A stretch of 64,000 bases of DNA from positions 24,614,001 through 24,678,000 of the forward strand of contig CM052845.1 in assembly GCA_028534125.1 (NCBI GenBank), written 5' to 3'. Shown piece after piece: positions 13,401 to 25,664 of the stretch. The number at the start of each line of letters is the position of its first letter. Position 1 is the stretch's first letter. Under the pieces are notes generated by a model. That model made no database searches. It had not been told where the DNA came from and saw only the letters and a program-made list of their open reading frames with translations. Source of the stretch: Lama glama. Lineage: Eukaryota. Made by a program: the position numbers and the translations under genes.

Positions 13401-14284
13401 CCACCCCTGCCTCGCCCCCGCCTGCCTCGCCCCCGCCGGCAGCACTCACTCCAGGACTCCGGATCGGAGGGGTGGAGCAGAAAGGGGCCAGCCCAGGGAG
13501 GCAGAGACACCCGGGGTCCACCCCGGTCCTCCTTCAGGGCGCGTGGAGGAGCCATGAGCGAGCTCTGTTGACGCACCTTCAGTCGGTCACCGCGCGCCCA
13601 CAAGGACGCAGGCGGCGGGAACGAGTGCAGAAGGCAGACGTCCAGGTGAGTCATCACGTGGGGGGAATGAGGGAGGAGCCAGTCTCCTGAAAAAACCCGC
13701 CAAAACTTCCCTCCACGACCCCAGTGACCCAGATACCCATGTGGGCGAGGCAGTCTTTCCGTGGGGCCGTTCACTGTCAGGAAGGCTGGTAGCGCCCGCA
13801 GACGTCAGGTGTGCGGGACCAGCCCAGGACCTGACCGGAAATGCACTCTGGATCCATCACCGAGGCTCTGCAGTGCCGCGGGTTTCCAGGGCTCAGGTTT
13901 TCACGTGACGAATTCCCAGCCAGGGTGCCCACCTTGGAGAGGAGACCTGCCCTGCTGGGGTCCGTGCGTGCCCGGGGAGGGTGCCCAGGACGCCCAGCCA
14001 CAAGGGGCATCGCCAGGTGAAGTCCACGCACGGCCCGAGACGCCGCGTTCAGGGCACAGAGTCAGCACAAGGCCAAATGGACAGGGCTCATGTCTCCTTC
14101 GCTGAGCGAGCGACATCGCGTGAGGAGCCCATGGAGGCACCTTCAGACATACATCAGGCTGCTTCCAGGAGCAACACGGCCTGATCGCAGGGGCCTTGAC
14201 GGGGAACGCACAGACTGGCCACCTGCCCTGCCCGGCCGACACGCAGGGTGTGTCACTCGGTGGGGACAGCACCACCACCTCCAG

Positions 14285-14640
14285 GGGGTTGCACTGTGCC
14301 CCTTGGAACCTCGGAATGTGAGGTCATTTGGTATATATTTGCAGGTACAATTAATTACGGATCTTGAGATGCAGTGACCATGGATGTACCATGGGCCCCA
14401 AACGCAATGACAGGGAACCTTCTAAGAGAGGCAACAGTCAGAGATGGGGAGCCCCAGGCACCGCCGGCCACACAGGAAGCTGGGGGAGGGGCAGGGGACA
14501 GACCTGCCCGGAGCCTCCGGAAGGAACCAGCCCTGCCCACACCTTGAGGTTGGACATCTGTTCTCCAGAACCGGGGACGGCCCCTTTCTGATGGCCCAAG
14601 TCCCCCACTCTGGTTCCTGGCCATAGCAGCTCCAGGAAGC
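14285..14640 (+). mobile_element. MLT1 (ERVL-MaLR) solo LTR
   Basis: gaacctcggaatgtgaggtcatttgg...ggatcttgagatg...gaaggaaccagccctgcccacaccttga...ctccagaac...atagcagctccaggaa. Confidence 0.75.
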
Positions 14641-16108
14641 CCCCCCGACCACGTACGGCTGGAGACATCAGCAGAACTGATTCAGGGGAGCAGGTTCCCC
14701 AGGACAGCTCACCTCTGGCGTCACGGGGCACCCCCCACACAGATCCTGGACCCTGATATCCTCCCGCCGCGTCTGACGAGCCTCCCCAGCACCACGGGTT
14801 TGCTGTGTGGGCATCTCCGCCAGCATTTTCCTGGCTCCCCAGAGCCCAGAAGCACCTGGGAACCTCCAGCTTTTAATCCACGTGATTTTCACTGTCGCTG
14901 TCAATCAGAACGATGACAACAATTCACGCTGTCACTGCGTCCCTAGTCCTCCAGGTCCTCCCGTGCTTGCCCACTGCCTGCTGCCATCCACTGGGTGTGT
15001 CCCCGCACGTGGGGTTCTCTTGGTCTCTGGCACCCACACAGAGGCAGAGCCCAGCGCTCCCACACCAGCATCCCCCCGGAGAGCATGTGAGGAGTCAGGG
15101 TCGCCGACCCCCACCCAGCAGGCACCTACTGTGGACCCGCCACCCCAGGGGAGCCACAGGTACAGAACATGGGAGCATGTCACCGCCATGAGGGAGCCGG
15201 CAGAGAGACTGAGGCACAGCGAGGGCCAGAGCCCAGCGACAAGCCCACACGGTCTAGTCCAGGAACGTGGCTCCAGACCCAGGCTCCTGGCAGACACACC
15301 AAACACCTCCCACGGGACCCCTAGGTACCCAGGGACACTGGGGCCGGGGTGGGGAGAGCATGCAGGGAACAGGGCATGCCCGGGTGGAGGGCGGTGAGGG
15401 GCATGGGTGGCTCAGGGCAGTTCAAGGTCCTGCCCTGGGCATAGGGCTGCAGGGGGCACCCTGGACCAGTCCCCGGAACGGGAGTCCTGCGTGTGTCCTG
15501 TTCTGGGAGGAGCCACTGCGGATGAGACTCTCAGGTGATAAATAAGGCTTCTCTGAGTTGGATTACACTTTCCCGGCTTCGAACACAGGTTTTATCAGCT
15601 CTTTTCGGGTAGACTGACAGGCACTCTCACCAGGGACACTGAGGTGGAAGGTGTTAGGTCACCCGCATGGGTCACGTCAGGGCACCTCTGTGTCCAGTCC
15701 TGTGGGCCTTGAACCCACGTCTGAGACAGTTCTTACCTGGCAAGACCAGCCCCGACCTTCGTCCGGAGTGACTAGAGGTCACTGGTCCAGGAACCGCATC
15801 AGTGACAGGTCAACCCCCCAGGTGGTGACCACGAAACTGGAGCTTAACAGACCCTAGTATGCCAGCCGCCTCCCACGCGGCCCCGCTCCATCAGCACCGC
15901 CTCCCCCTTGCTGAACCACACCCCACCGCCCGGTGGTCGCGACGCCACCCAAGACTCGAGAACTGCCCCACGAGGAGCTTCAACAGTCACTCTCAGAACC
16001 AAACTGCCCGTGGGTTTGCCGGCTAATGAAGAGCTCAGAACTGGTGTCGGACCGTCCTTCACGACTGAATCCGGGCGACCTCAGCCATGTTGTGGGTTTC
16101 TGGTGGGT

Positions 16109-16543
16109 GGTATCAGCCAGGGCCCTCCAGAGAACCCAGGGCCCAAGAAAGGATGGACGCGGATCCAGGACGGATACGAGCTTTCCTGTGCTGAGCTGGC
16201 CCACGTGACTGTGGCCCGAGAAGTCCAGGGGTCGCCGTCCACAGACCCGGCACGGCCGGCGGCACCACGCAGCCCGACTCTGAAGGCTGAGAACCAGCAG
16301 GGCAGGAGGGGACGGACATCTCAGCTCGAGCAGAAAGCGTGACCCCCTCTCCTCTGCCTCCTGGTTCTGCCCGGGCCCTCAGTGGACTGGACGCCGCTGC
16401 CCGCACCGGGAGGTCTGGGTCTGCTGGACTCAGCCCACAGAGTCAAAGGCTGCCCTCTCTGGGCTCCCTCAGACACACCCAGAAAGACTGCTTCACCAGC
16501 CGTGTGGACGTCCCAGCCAACCGGACACATAAAATTAACCACC
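16109..16543 (-). mobile_element. MLT2 (ERVL) solo LTR
   Basis: Ends gacacataaaattaaccac, the reverse complement of the MLT2 5' start. Internal matches include ctggcccacgtgactgtgg...gagaagtcc, gaaggctgagaacca and ccctcagacacacccagaaa. Confidence 0.75.
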
Positions 16544-17395
16544 TTGTGTCCAGACGGACACTCAGTCTTGCTCTCACAGCAAGCTGCCCGAGAAGCAACG
16601 TCTCACTTCCAGAAGAAGAGATTCCAGCAGAACGGCAGAAATGGGACCCGTGCTCAGTAAGGCGGGCCAGTTCCCCATGGAAGGGCTTCCCTGACCCGGC
16701 GTGGGGAGCACACAGAAGCCACACCAACACCTGTTCTGGGAGCGGCTGAGAGGAACATGCGGCCACCAGTGAGAGTCTGTTTGCATAACCACAGGTGCGT
16801 GCACAACCAAAAATAGAAGGAAACAAGCCTTTGTGTTTTATGCAACTTTCCGTCAGAGTTCTAACGCAGAACGAAGGATCTAAGAACTGGTGAACAGGTA
16901 AGCATTATCTCAGCCCTTTTTTTTAAATCTCCAGTCTTAAGCATCAAAGCTCCAACAAGTACTTTGTTTTGCTCCATTTAATGAAACATCATCTTTCTTT
17001 TTGTCTTCTTGGTCTCACACTTTAACCTCTAGCACTGGTGTCAATGAACAGCCACAGTTCGTAAGGGCGCAAAGCCACAAGCTGTTCACAGATAAACCTC
17101 ATTCAGAGAAAATTACCCCGGAGGCTCTCTTGTTTGCATGATCTCTGCTCATAACCTCCAGAAGGATTTTGTGGTCTTTCGAATAGAGACTCCTAACCTT
17201 CTTTCAGAGGGAGGCATAGGAAGTGAAAAGACAATCCAGCCAGTAAGTTACAGAAACAATGAGCTGCAGAATGCTTAGGGTAATACCACTTACATCCACA
17301 GAAGAGAAAAATAATTCACCAGCTAATGACTTACGCCTTTGCTCACGCAACTATCACAAGGGAGAGTAATTTAGCAAAACCTAAAACACAGGCAA

Positions 17396-17549
17396 GGTGG
17401 GGAGGGTGGGCTCAGTGGTAGAGTGCATGCCTCGCACGCATGAGGTGCTGGGTTCAAGCCCCCGTACTTCATTGAATAAATAGATGAATACACTGAATTA
17501 CCTCCCCTAGTCCCCTAAAAAAGATTAATTAAAAATAATTTTAAAAAAG
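17396..17549 (+). mobile_element. Camelid tRNA-derived SINE (Vic-1-like) with target-site duplication
   Basis: A/B-box tRNA-like head (ggggagggtgggctcagtggtagagtgcatgcctcgcacgcatgaggtgctgggttcaagcccc) and A-rich tail. TSD AAAACACAGGCAA (17383-17395) and AAAACACACGCAA (17550-17562). Confidence 0.9.
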
Positions 17550-20045
17550 AAAACACACGCAACATTTAAATCTTTAGATTAACATGAACTGTGTCACCCA
17601 GCTCAACCTGTATTCAAATGTATTTTAATTTGCTTGTGTTGTCTAATAACCTAAATTAACAACAATGACTAACTTCAACGCATCGTACCTGCCTGTGTGT
17701 CTAACAGGGACTCTGTCCAAGCCACTCTCAGGGTGAAGACTTTCAGGCCTCAGAGACGGAACTTGGTAGTAACCACTTCACAACTCAGAGTCGTTTTCTG
17801 GGTAGAACGAGCCACCGCACGGTAGGACTTAGCAGTCTGGGGTCTGACTATTTCGTCAGCCCTCAGTTCTCTGTTTTAACAGACGGCGTCTTTGGTTCTT
17901 CAAGGAGAGTTTTCCTTGTGACATTTTAGCTCCGCGTGTTGGCTGTGGTCATGGGAAAGTGAAGGCAGAAAGGATTAAGCGGGGTTACCTCTTCCTGAGC
18001 CCCGTCCCAGGTCTTGTCGGAAGTTTCACAACAACTGCATTTACTCACTACGGCTGGTCTGGCTGGCGTGGGGGGATCTCCAATCCCAAACCAAAGAGAC
18101 TGGGGTCTGTCCAAAAACTGGCTGCTGCAGCTACTATCTGGCACTGCCAGAATTCATGTCCAGCTCTGTCTGACTGCAAGGCCGATGTCAACCCCGTCAC
18201 AACGCGGACAGGGCTCCTGGGGTTAAACCCCAAGTCAGGCAGGGTTTCTGAGCGTCTCTCCCCAGCACACCGCATTACACACGCGAGGGGGTCCCTGAGC
18301 TGGGGGTCCTGCTGGCCTGGGGGGAGGCAATTCTTCCCCAGTCCTACAGCAACCAAAAGAACAAAGCGTAACTTCTTGAAACACACATCCAAGAATGGAA
18401 AAACCCTAAATTTAAATAAATACACCAGGGACAAGGGGAGCACACGATGGGAGAGGCTGAAGTACGCAGAACAAAGAAACAGGCGGAGCTGCAAGAATCC
18501 AGCCCTTCCCCGTGCGCAGCCCTTAAGTAAAACAAAACTGCAACATCTAGACCTGCAGGAGCTGTGTATGCTTGAGAGGAACACGCCACAGCGTCAGGAG
18601 TGGGCTGACCCAGCTGCCAGATGACTCCACGGGGCGCACTTGACCGAGACCATTTAATCAAAAGCTGTAACAGAAAACAGCACAGGTGGGTTCTTCTAAA
18701 ACACGAGTTACAATTTTCTAGCTTCTAATGTTATTGCAATGAACCTTGGTCGTGAAACAGTCCCGCCTGGCAGGCGCGGGGCTCACCCGACACCACCCGC
18801 CGCTTCTGCATCTCACGCGGCCTCGTCGATTACGCCACCTCCAGTTCCTTCCAGGGACTCACACAAGTACTACTGCCTCTCACGTTAAATACTGGGAAGC
18901 TGAGGTGGATGGAGAGTAAATATTCTGTCCAAATCATGAAGCAAGAGTCAGGACCCAGGCCGGCTGGGCCCACCCTGGCAACGTCGTCAGTGGAACCCGC
19001 CACCTCTCTCCCCCAGTGGGAGCCCCGGAGCATCAGTGAGCGCGGCCAAGGGGTGAACAGCCAAGGGTGAACAGCCAAAGGGTGGTGTCTGGCGTCGCAG
19101 GAGGACGGCTGGCCCTGAGAAAGGAGAGGCATTTGGCTGCAGAGTTTTAATTAGACATGTTTGCCAACAGGACTATGAAATACTGCGTAAAGGAATCTAA
19201 GGGACAAGGAGAGGTAAGCGGAAATATATATTCATTATCTGACCCAGACATTAAATCAGATAAAGCGCTAACATGTCCAGGGATGGAGACTGCAGACCAC
19301 GGGCCACATCGACACTCGGTGCAGAAGGAGGAGCTTAGGGAGCTTGGACAGCTCTAAACCACCGTCCTACCATCCAAGACGGAAAGTGCAAATCAGTTTG
19401 GCAGTTTAATAAGTTGAAATTGAAAACAAACTCATCTTCTTTTGCCTCCTCCATAACAGATCTTACCAGCCCTGAACCACTAGCAAACTATTTTATGTTC
19501 TGAGATTGTCACAGTTTCACCACATAACTGGACACAAGGAAGTGGTCACACAACAAATGCTATTAATAGCCTCCTCTACCAACGTGTCTGTTCCATAGAT
19601 CTGATTTCCAGGTAAAACTGTTTGGAAAGTTGATCCTTATGAACACCTAGAATACGTGTTTATTTCACACACGTGTCACAGTTTTTCTGAGCATGTGATA
19701 CGTCAACATTTGTTGCTGTGAGCAAACTCTTTAATTTTGTATGTGCAGTTAAATGCTCCGAGAAGAAAAATCTATTTTGTGTGGCATGAGCTAAGAAGGC
19801 TGTTATTATTGTGTCCCTGTGCTTTTTATAAAATAAACAAAAAGCATTAATGAAAACATTTGATAATGAAAAACCTTTCCAGGTAAAGGTTTGATTATAT
19901 GGGAGGGATCTGCTCTCAGTCCACAAGAGTTCCAAAATTTTGACTAACATAATAACACAAAACTAACACAGCACAAAACTGTAAATGCAAATGTTCTAAA
20001 TCATCTTAGTTTCCACTGAGAAATCAATTTCTGCTGGTTTGTTTT

Positions 20046-20173
20046 CTTGGTCGGGGGAGGTAATTAGGTTTACTTAGTATTTATCTATTCTTGGAGGAAG
20101 TAGTGGGGATTGAACCCAGGACCTCATGCATGCTGAGCATTTGCACTACCAGCTGAGCTATACCCTTCTCCCC
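20046..20173 (-). mobile_element. Camelid tRNA-derived SINE (Vic-1-like) with target-site duplication
   Basis: The minus strand reads gggtatagctcagctggtagtgcaaatgctcagcatgcatgaggtcctgggttcaatcccc...aaacctaattacctcccc. TSD TCTGCTGGTTTGTTTT (20030-20045) and TCTGCTGTTTTGTTTT (20174-20189). Confidence 0.9.
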
Positions 20174-21030
20174 TCTGCTGTTTTGTTTTATTTAAATTAA
20201 GCAGTCATTCATTATCTGATAATTCCTGGGCATTCAATCCAATGGGGGAATGCAAGTATTGTGTTCATTTTATTTAATTTTTATATTGTTAAAGAATTCC
20301 ATGGAAAATATAAATATTTGTAAAAAATATAAGGTATTCTAATATTCAGTGAGCAAGAATACCTTAATGACACCTTTGGTCCAAAGATTTACGTTTACAT
20401 GATGCTAAAACAAGCCCCAAGTCCTAACAGTAACTGCTAGCTGCAAACCCCAGGCTTCTGTCTAAGAGCGGAGCTTGGTCGTTCAACACAGATAGTAAAA
20501 TAGCACGTCATTTTTAAATACTGTGTCTGAATAAACACACAGCTGCTGGGAGTGTCTGCATGTATCTGCATGTACATGTATGTGTTCAAACCAGGAAAGA
20601 GAAAAAAATAAACAAACAAACAAAGGAGCCTTCCAGGAAACACTTTGCTGTAGCATCGTTAGCTCCAATCCCAGCGCTTTTGATCATGAACAGCTCGCAG
20701 AAGCCAACTGCCAAACCCGAAGCCAGGAAATGAAGCAAGTGTGACAACCGACTTTGCTGCAGCACCAACCACGGATTTCTTCACACAGAGAGACATAAAT
20801 AAAAGTTAAATTCCTCAAAAGGACCCTTTCATCTTGTGGAAAACATAACCCCCACAGCACTTGCTCTGAAAGCAGCGTGGAACAGGTTCTATAAACAGAA
20901 TAGAAACCCATTCTGCTAAGAAGGGGAAACCACACTGACGATGATGGAAAATGAAACATTAAAGTTTTGCTCCTTAAATATTACGATGATTTTCTTGCTG
21001 CTTGCCAACCTGCAGGCGGTTACTTGCTTG

Positions 21031-21044
21031 GTTGCTATGGCAAC
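21031..21044. promoter_or_regulatory. RFX X-box motif
   Basis: GTTGCTATGGCAAC, a near-palindromic match to the RFX consensus GTTRCCATGGYAAC. Confidence 0.6.
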
Positions 21045-21359
21045 GTCCTGGGAGCTCCCAGCACGCTGGGAGGACGAAGTGGGTCTTTGCGGTTCAATCC
21101 CAGAGCCCCCCTGCTCTGGGGAGCCCACCACCCAGCTCGGGCTGGTCTGCAGGGCTCGTGCGTGCTGCTCTCCTGAGACAACCCCCACCACTCACACGAT
21201 TACACTAAAACGTTTCCCTGCCCACATCTCACAGGACTGGCCTCAAGGATCCCGAGGGGCGGGGCCAGGACAAGGCCTGGGGCTCACTCCCGCCCCCCTG
21301 GAGGGCAGGGCTGCACAAGCCCCTTCCTTTCCTTGCTGAGGCATGGGGCTGCTCACTCG

Positions 21360-21500
21360 CTCACTCGCACTGAGTATGCGTGAGGCATCTGCATGTCACT
21401 TCAAACCTCACAAGAGTCGTAGGAGGAAGGCGTTTTATACACTAGGGCCTGAGGTCAGGAAGGACTAAGTAATTTGCCACCGAGATCAGAGGTCAACAGG
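21360..21500 (-). mobile_element. MIR fragment
   Basis: cacttcaaacctcacaag...ggcctgaggtcaggaaggactaagtaatttgcc resembles the MIR core. Confidence 0.5.
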
Positions 21501-23489
21501 ACAGAGAAGATTCCACAGCACTCACATTTCGGGTTTGATTCCTGCGACAAACCAGCACGTGAAGGACCACTTCCACCATTACGTGTATTTCCTCGTGTCT
21601 GTAAACACACACACGCATAAACGGCAGCTCAGGCCCGATCACATAAAAACCACACAGGGAGAAGAAATGTGGGCGAATTTATTAACGATGTCACATTTGC
21701 GTTTCTCTTAATAGGTTCATATATTTGCTTAACCTGGACATTTGCTGGTTTGCTGTGTAGACAGGCACTTGGGGAAAGATAATGAGTTTGAATACTGACA
21801 TTATGAATGAACTGCCAGCATTTCTAGTCTCCTGGGGGGAATCTGTCACCACTCAGTGTTGCTACAGGACCTTTCTCAGAAATGCTAACTGCCTTTCTGG
21901 AACCAGCATCGTCACGTTACAAATAAGCCCATTAAATGGAACCACCCCGCCCCCGTCAGTACCCAGGTGACCCGCCCTCACTGGGGCAGTCAGAACAGGC
22001 AAACCCCCCAGGCGAGGCCAATTAAACGCCCCGTGGTTGTTTCCGCACACACGCTTACTAACAACGCAGCTGCCCCTCTGGCTCTGGCACGACCCCAGCC
22101 AAACCGAACGCCGCTCCTGCAGGGACTCCCGCTGTGAGTGAGCCCCCCGCGCGGTGCCGGGGGCGCCCTGACCACCCGCTCTCCTCCTCTCCGTCCTCCT
22201 CCAAACCTCAGCACACACTTTGCCCCCGGTCCCACCTGCCGCATCACCTTGCACTAAAACAACCTGCACGGGTGGTTTCTCCCTCCTCTTATCTCTGAGG
22301 TCAGGGGTTACAGGTCATTTAACTTTGAACATTCCCCCAGCACTTGACATGACACCTTATGGGAAAATAAGTCCTCGGCGTGTGTGCAAAGAAGGAAGAA
22401 ATAAAGGAATGAGGGAAAGAGAAGAGAAAGGAAAGAGACGCCCTGACAGTAAGGAGCCCGTTAGGCACAGGCAGCTAAACACACCTCCCTACAAAGAGGG
22501 GGTGAGGCGCAGCGAGCCCAGCATGGGCGGGTGGGCGGACCGAGCGCCCCCGCTCCCCACCCCCGAGGACATGGGAGCTCAGTGCCCAGCACGCTGCTCT
22601 GGGGACAAGGACTCTGCTGTCACCTGGCAGGGCGTGTGTCGGGGGGTGGGTGGGGTGAGCCCAGCTTCTCCCTCTGCCTCTCTGGGGGCATCGTGCTGGT
22701 GTGTAAGTGGAATTATGAACTTACCTGCAGCTACAGGTTTAGGCTGCCTTGCTTCCTGAATTCACAGCATGTCAGAAATTAAAATAAAACGAACCTCCAA
22801 CAGCTCTTCCAGAGATGAGTGAGCCCCACTCAGCGAGGTCCAGTGTCCCTCGGGGGGATGCTGAGGTGACCGAGCATGGGGGCCAGACCCACACTTCCCG
22901 GGGCCCCTACACAGCCCCAAGTGCTGAGGGTGGCAGGGCTCACACCAGAGAATTGGGTCTGAAAAGTCCAAGCTATGGGGCGGGTCGGAGATAACTTCAT
23001 CGTCGACCCCCAAAAACTCAGTCCCCTTAGCTCTCCAGAAAACGCTGTATGTGGATAACACTGTACTCGAGCAATCCGCTTCTCCATGTGCAAACAGTCT
23101 AAATTCTCTGCTCTGTTTTTTAATGAAATTTTCTTGGTGTGCTATCTTATTCTGACGGGTATTAGAACTAATGAAATCTGTGCCTACACCTCGAAAACAC
23201 GCCTCTGCATCTGCCTGCGGCAGCTGATCACTTTCTGTCCAGGTGTGGAGGCTTTCGCATCGAGAGAAGACACAGCCGCGTCCATGAGGACGTGGCCAGG
23301 CGCTCTCGGCTGAGTGCCACTGGAAGATGCTGTGTGGACGCTGCAGAGGAGCCTGGGGTCTCCCGGGAAGAGTCTGTGCCACAGGCAGACGAGCCTTGCA
23401 CACCCCCGTCCGCACCCCGTCTGTGGCGGGTTTCCATTGGCCCCTTTTCCTCCGATGCACCGACTGGCGTGGTCCTCACAGGCTGTGTA

Positions 23490-23590
23490 CCCATCTGTTG
23501 GGAAACTCGTGGAACATGCAGGGTTTCCATCCCCTGTGAATTTCCTGAATCAAGGTCTCTGAGAATCTGTACTTTAAACCAGCTCCTGAG
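23490..23590. mobile_element. MER5-like hAT-Charlie DNA transposon fragment
   Basis: ctgaatcaaggtctctgagaatctgtactttaaaccagctcc resembles MER5. Confidence 0.45.
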
Positions 23591-23624
23591 AAAATATCGA
23601 GGCATTTCAACACACATATGCTCT

Positions 23625-24045
23625 TAGATGTTGTCATGTGTAGCAGGAAGAAACTGGAAGCAATTTAAGTATGGAGAACAGGGGATGGGGTTGAAAAAAA
23701 TCATTACATGTACATGAAATACACTTCGGTATTAAACTTGTAGAATAACAACACTTAAATGTTTGCATTTATGTATTTCAATTTATGACTAATGCTTAAA
23801 AGTTCATTAAAACCGTACGCATACCACAAACTCAAGTCTGTTCCCTGAAGGTGTACATACGAAGTGTGTGTCTGCATTAGTGCGTGGTGTGGCTGGGTGC
23901 GTGTCTGTCTGAGCACACGGAGTGGTGGCAACACAGCATCGATGACAGTGGTTATTTCAGGGGCTGAAAGCTGCATAACACGGTGTTTTCTTCTACGTGT
24001 CCTACATTTCCCAAAGTAAACATCACTTACATAACCAGAGAGAAG
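23625..24045 (+). mobile_element. Ancient L1 (L1ME-like) 3' fragment
   Basis: gaaactggaagcaatttaagtatg...caggggatgg and acagtggttatttcagggg are L1M 3' motifs. Confidence 0.5.
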
Positions 24046-24885
24046 ATCACAATGAAGTTAACTTTAACAAATAAAGGAGAAAAGAGTATGTTCTATCCTC
24101 ATGGGATATTAAATAAGGAGTTTAGAAAAGAGGTGTCCAAACATCTCTTGCTGACTGAACACTTCCCACCGGGGTGCCCTCACTTTGCGGAGCTCTTGGC
24201 GGCAAGCCATGGGGAAGAATGTGCCTCTGTCTTAAAGGCACTGAAACTGCAGAGGTAGAAGAGGCCTTCAAACTCAGCATGTAAATTTTTAATCCTGCTC
24301 CCAATGTCACCATACATTTTTCTCAGTAACTTAAGAGATAATGAATATAAAATCCTTATGGTATAAAAACTCAGAGAGGCACAATAGATTTTTAACAAAT
24401 TATTGATGTCATCCTCCTCAGAATCTTTTGTCTGGGCTCTGTCTATGGGAGTTTATCCTAAAATGGGAAGTGACTTCTCAGTGAGAGTCATATCACTGTG
24501 TCAATCTCTTATCAATCTCATTCTGAAAGTTCTGTAACCTACCGTATTTCCTGAAAAAAAGAGTTCCAGTTGTGACTCCAGCAGTAACATCACTGCTGTT
24601 TTTCCGCCCCGTGGACGGCTCGTGTTGTTTTAATACTTATTCACAGTTAAAGGCCATGGAGATTTAAAGTGAGCGAGTTCCTAGGAGGGTATCTGATGAC
24701 AGCTACTCATTTTACGGAAGAAAAGGAGACCCACAGGGGAAGGAGTTTATCCCAGGGCTGTCGGCTTCAGTGGCAGGACCGTGGACAAAGCCAGCACCTC
24801 TGATGCCGCGTCTGGTCCCAGGTCCCCTGGGGTCTCCTCCCTGCCCCACCAGCCCCTCACACCCCAAATCAAGCATGTTGTTTCT

Positions 24886-24934
24886 TTTTTTTAACATTTT
24901 TTATTGAGTTATAGTTATTTTACAATGTTGTGTC
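24886..24934 (-). mobile_element. Extremely 5'-truncated camelid L1 3' end (about 49 bp) with a 16-bp TSD
   Basis: tttttttaacattttttattgagttatagttattttacaatgttgtgtc, flanked by CAAGCATGTTGTTTCT (24870-24885) and CAAGTATGTTGTTTCT (24935-24950). Confidence 0.8.
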
Positions 24935-25234
24935 CAAGTATGTTGTTTCTACATGACCAATCAGACCCTACCAGTGATCCAAATTATGTGGCCCAAGTAA
25001 ACCAACAAGGTCTTTATTACTGCACTTCCTGGTTAGAAATCATTCCAAGCAGAGAAGGAAGACACTGTCATACATGACCAGGCGCCTCAGGGACAGAATC
25101 ATGGGTCCCTCCTGTGATTAGAGAGGAACCATAACCGAGCAGACAAGCCTTGTGAACTCCAGGCAGCAAGTCAATCAGCCGCTGTGGTACCAGGAGGGGC
25201 CCCGCTCAGAGCAGGGAGAACACTCGGCAGTGAG

Positions 25235-25560
25235 ATGGCAGTCGGGCCAGTTTCCACCGTCTACTCGCTCCCGTGTGGACCAGGAAAATTACTTCAACTT
25301 CTGCATGGCTTCGTGTCCTTCTTTGTACAATGGAGGCGACAAATAACCTCATGTGACTGGGGGCTGAGAACACAAGCCAGGCACGTCCTATGTGATCAGT
25401 GTACGTTACACCTACTTTCCCACTGAAACGTCATCCCAGTTCTATCTGGTAGGTTCTTCTTTGCAGATTAAGAACCTGAGGCTTAGGTAGTTGAAGAAGT
25501 TCCCTGGGTCAAACAGTTTCCAGCTGAAGCTCTAACTCGGGCAGTGACCCCAGACTTTAA
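25235..25560. mobile_element. Two MIR fragments in opposite orientation
   Basis: gtggaccaggaaaattacttcaacttctg...ctttgtacaatggagg on the plus strand and ttgcagattaagaacctgaggcttagg...gttccctgggtcaaacag on the minus strand. Confidence 0.5.
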
Positions 25561-25664
25561 ACTGTTTATACACAATACATGTGACTACATACAATCCATC
25601 CCTGCATGCCTTAAGGCTCTAAAATTTTCAAGCATGAAGGAAAGATTAAATTACATCTCCTTAC

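Noticed and set aside
17396-17470. tRNA-like A/B boxes here and at 20100-20173
   Set aside because: They have A-rich tails and TSDs and lack a proper cloverleaf, so they are SINE heads rather than tRNA genes.
22720-22760. Strong minus-strand donor CAG|GTAAGT
   Set aside because: The nearest plausible acceptor gives a 31-nt exon with a stop in the DLGAP2 frame, and nothing else supports it.
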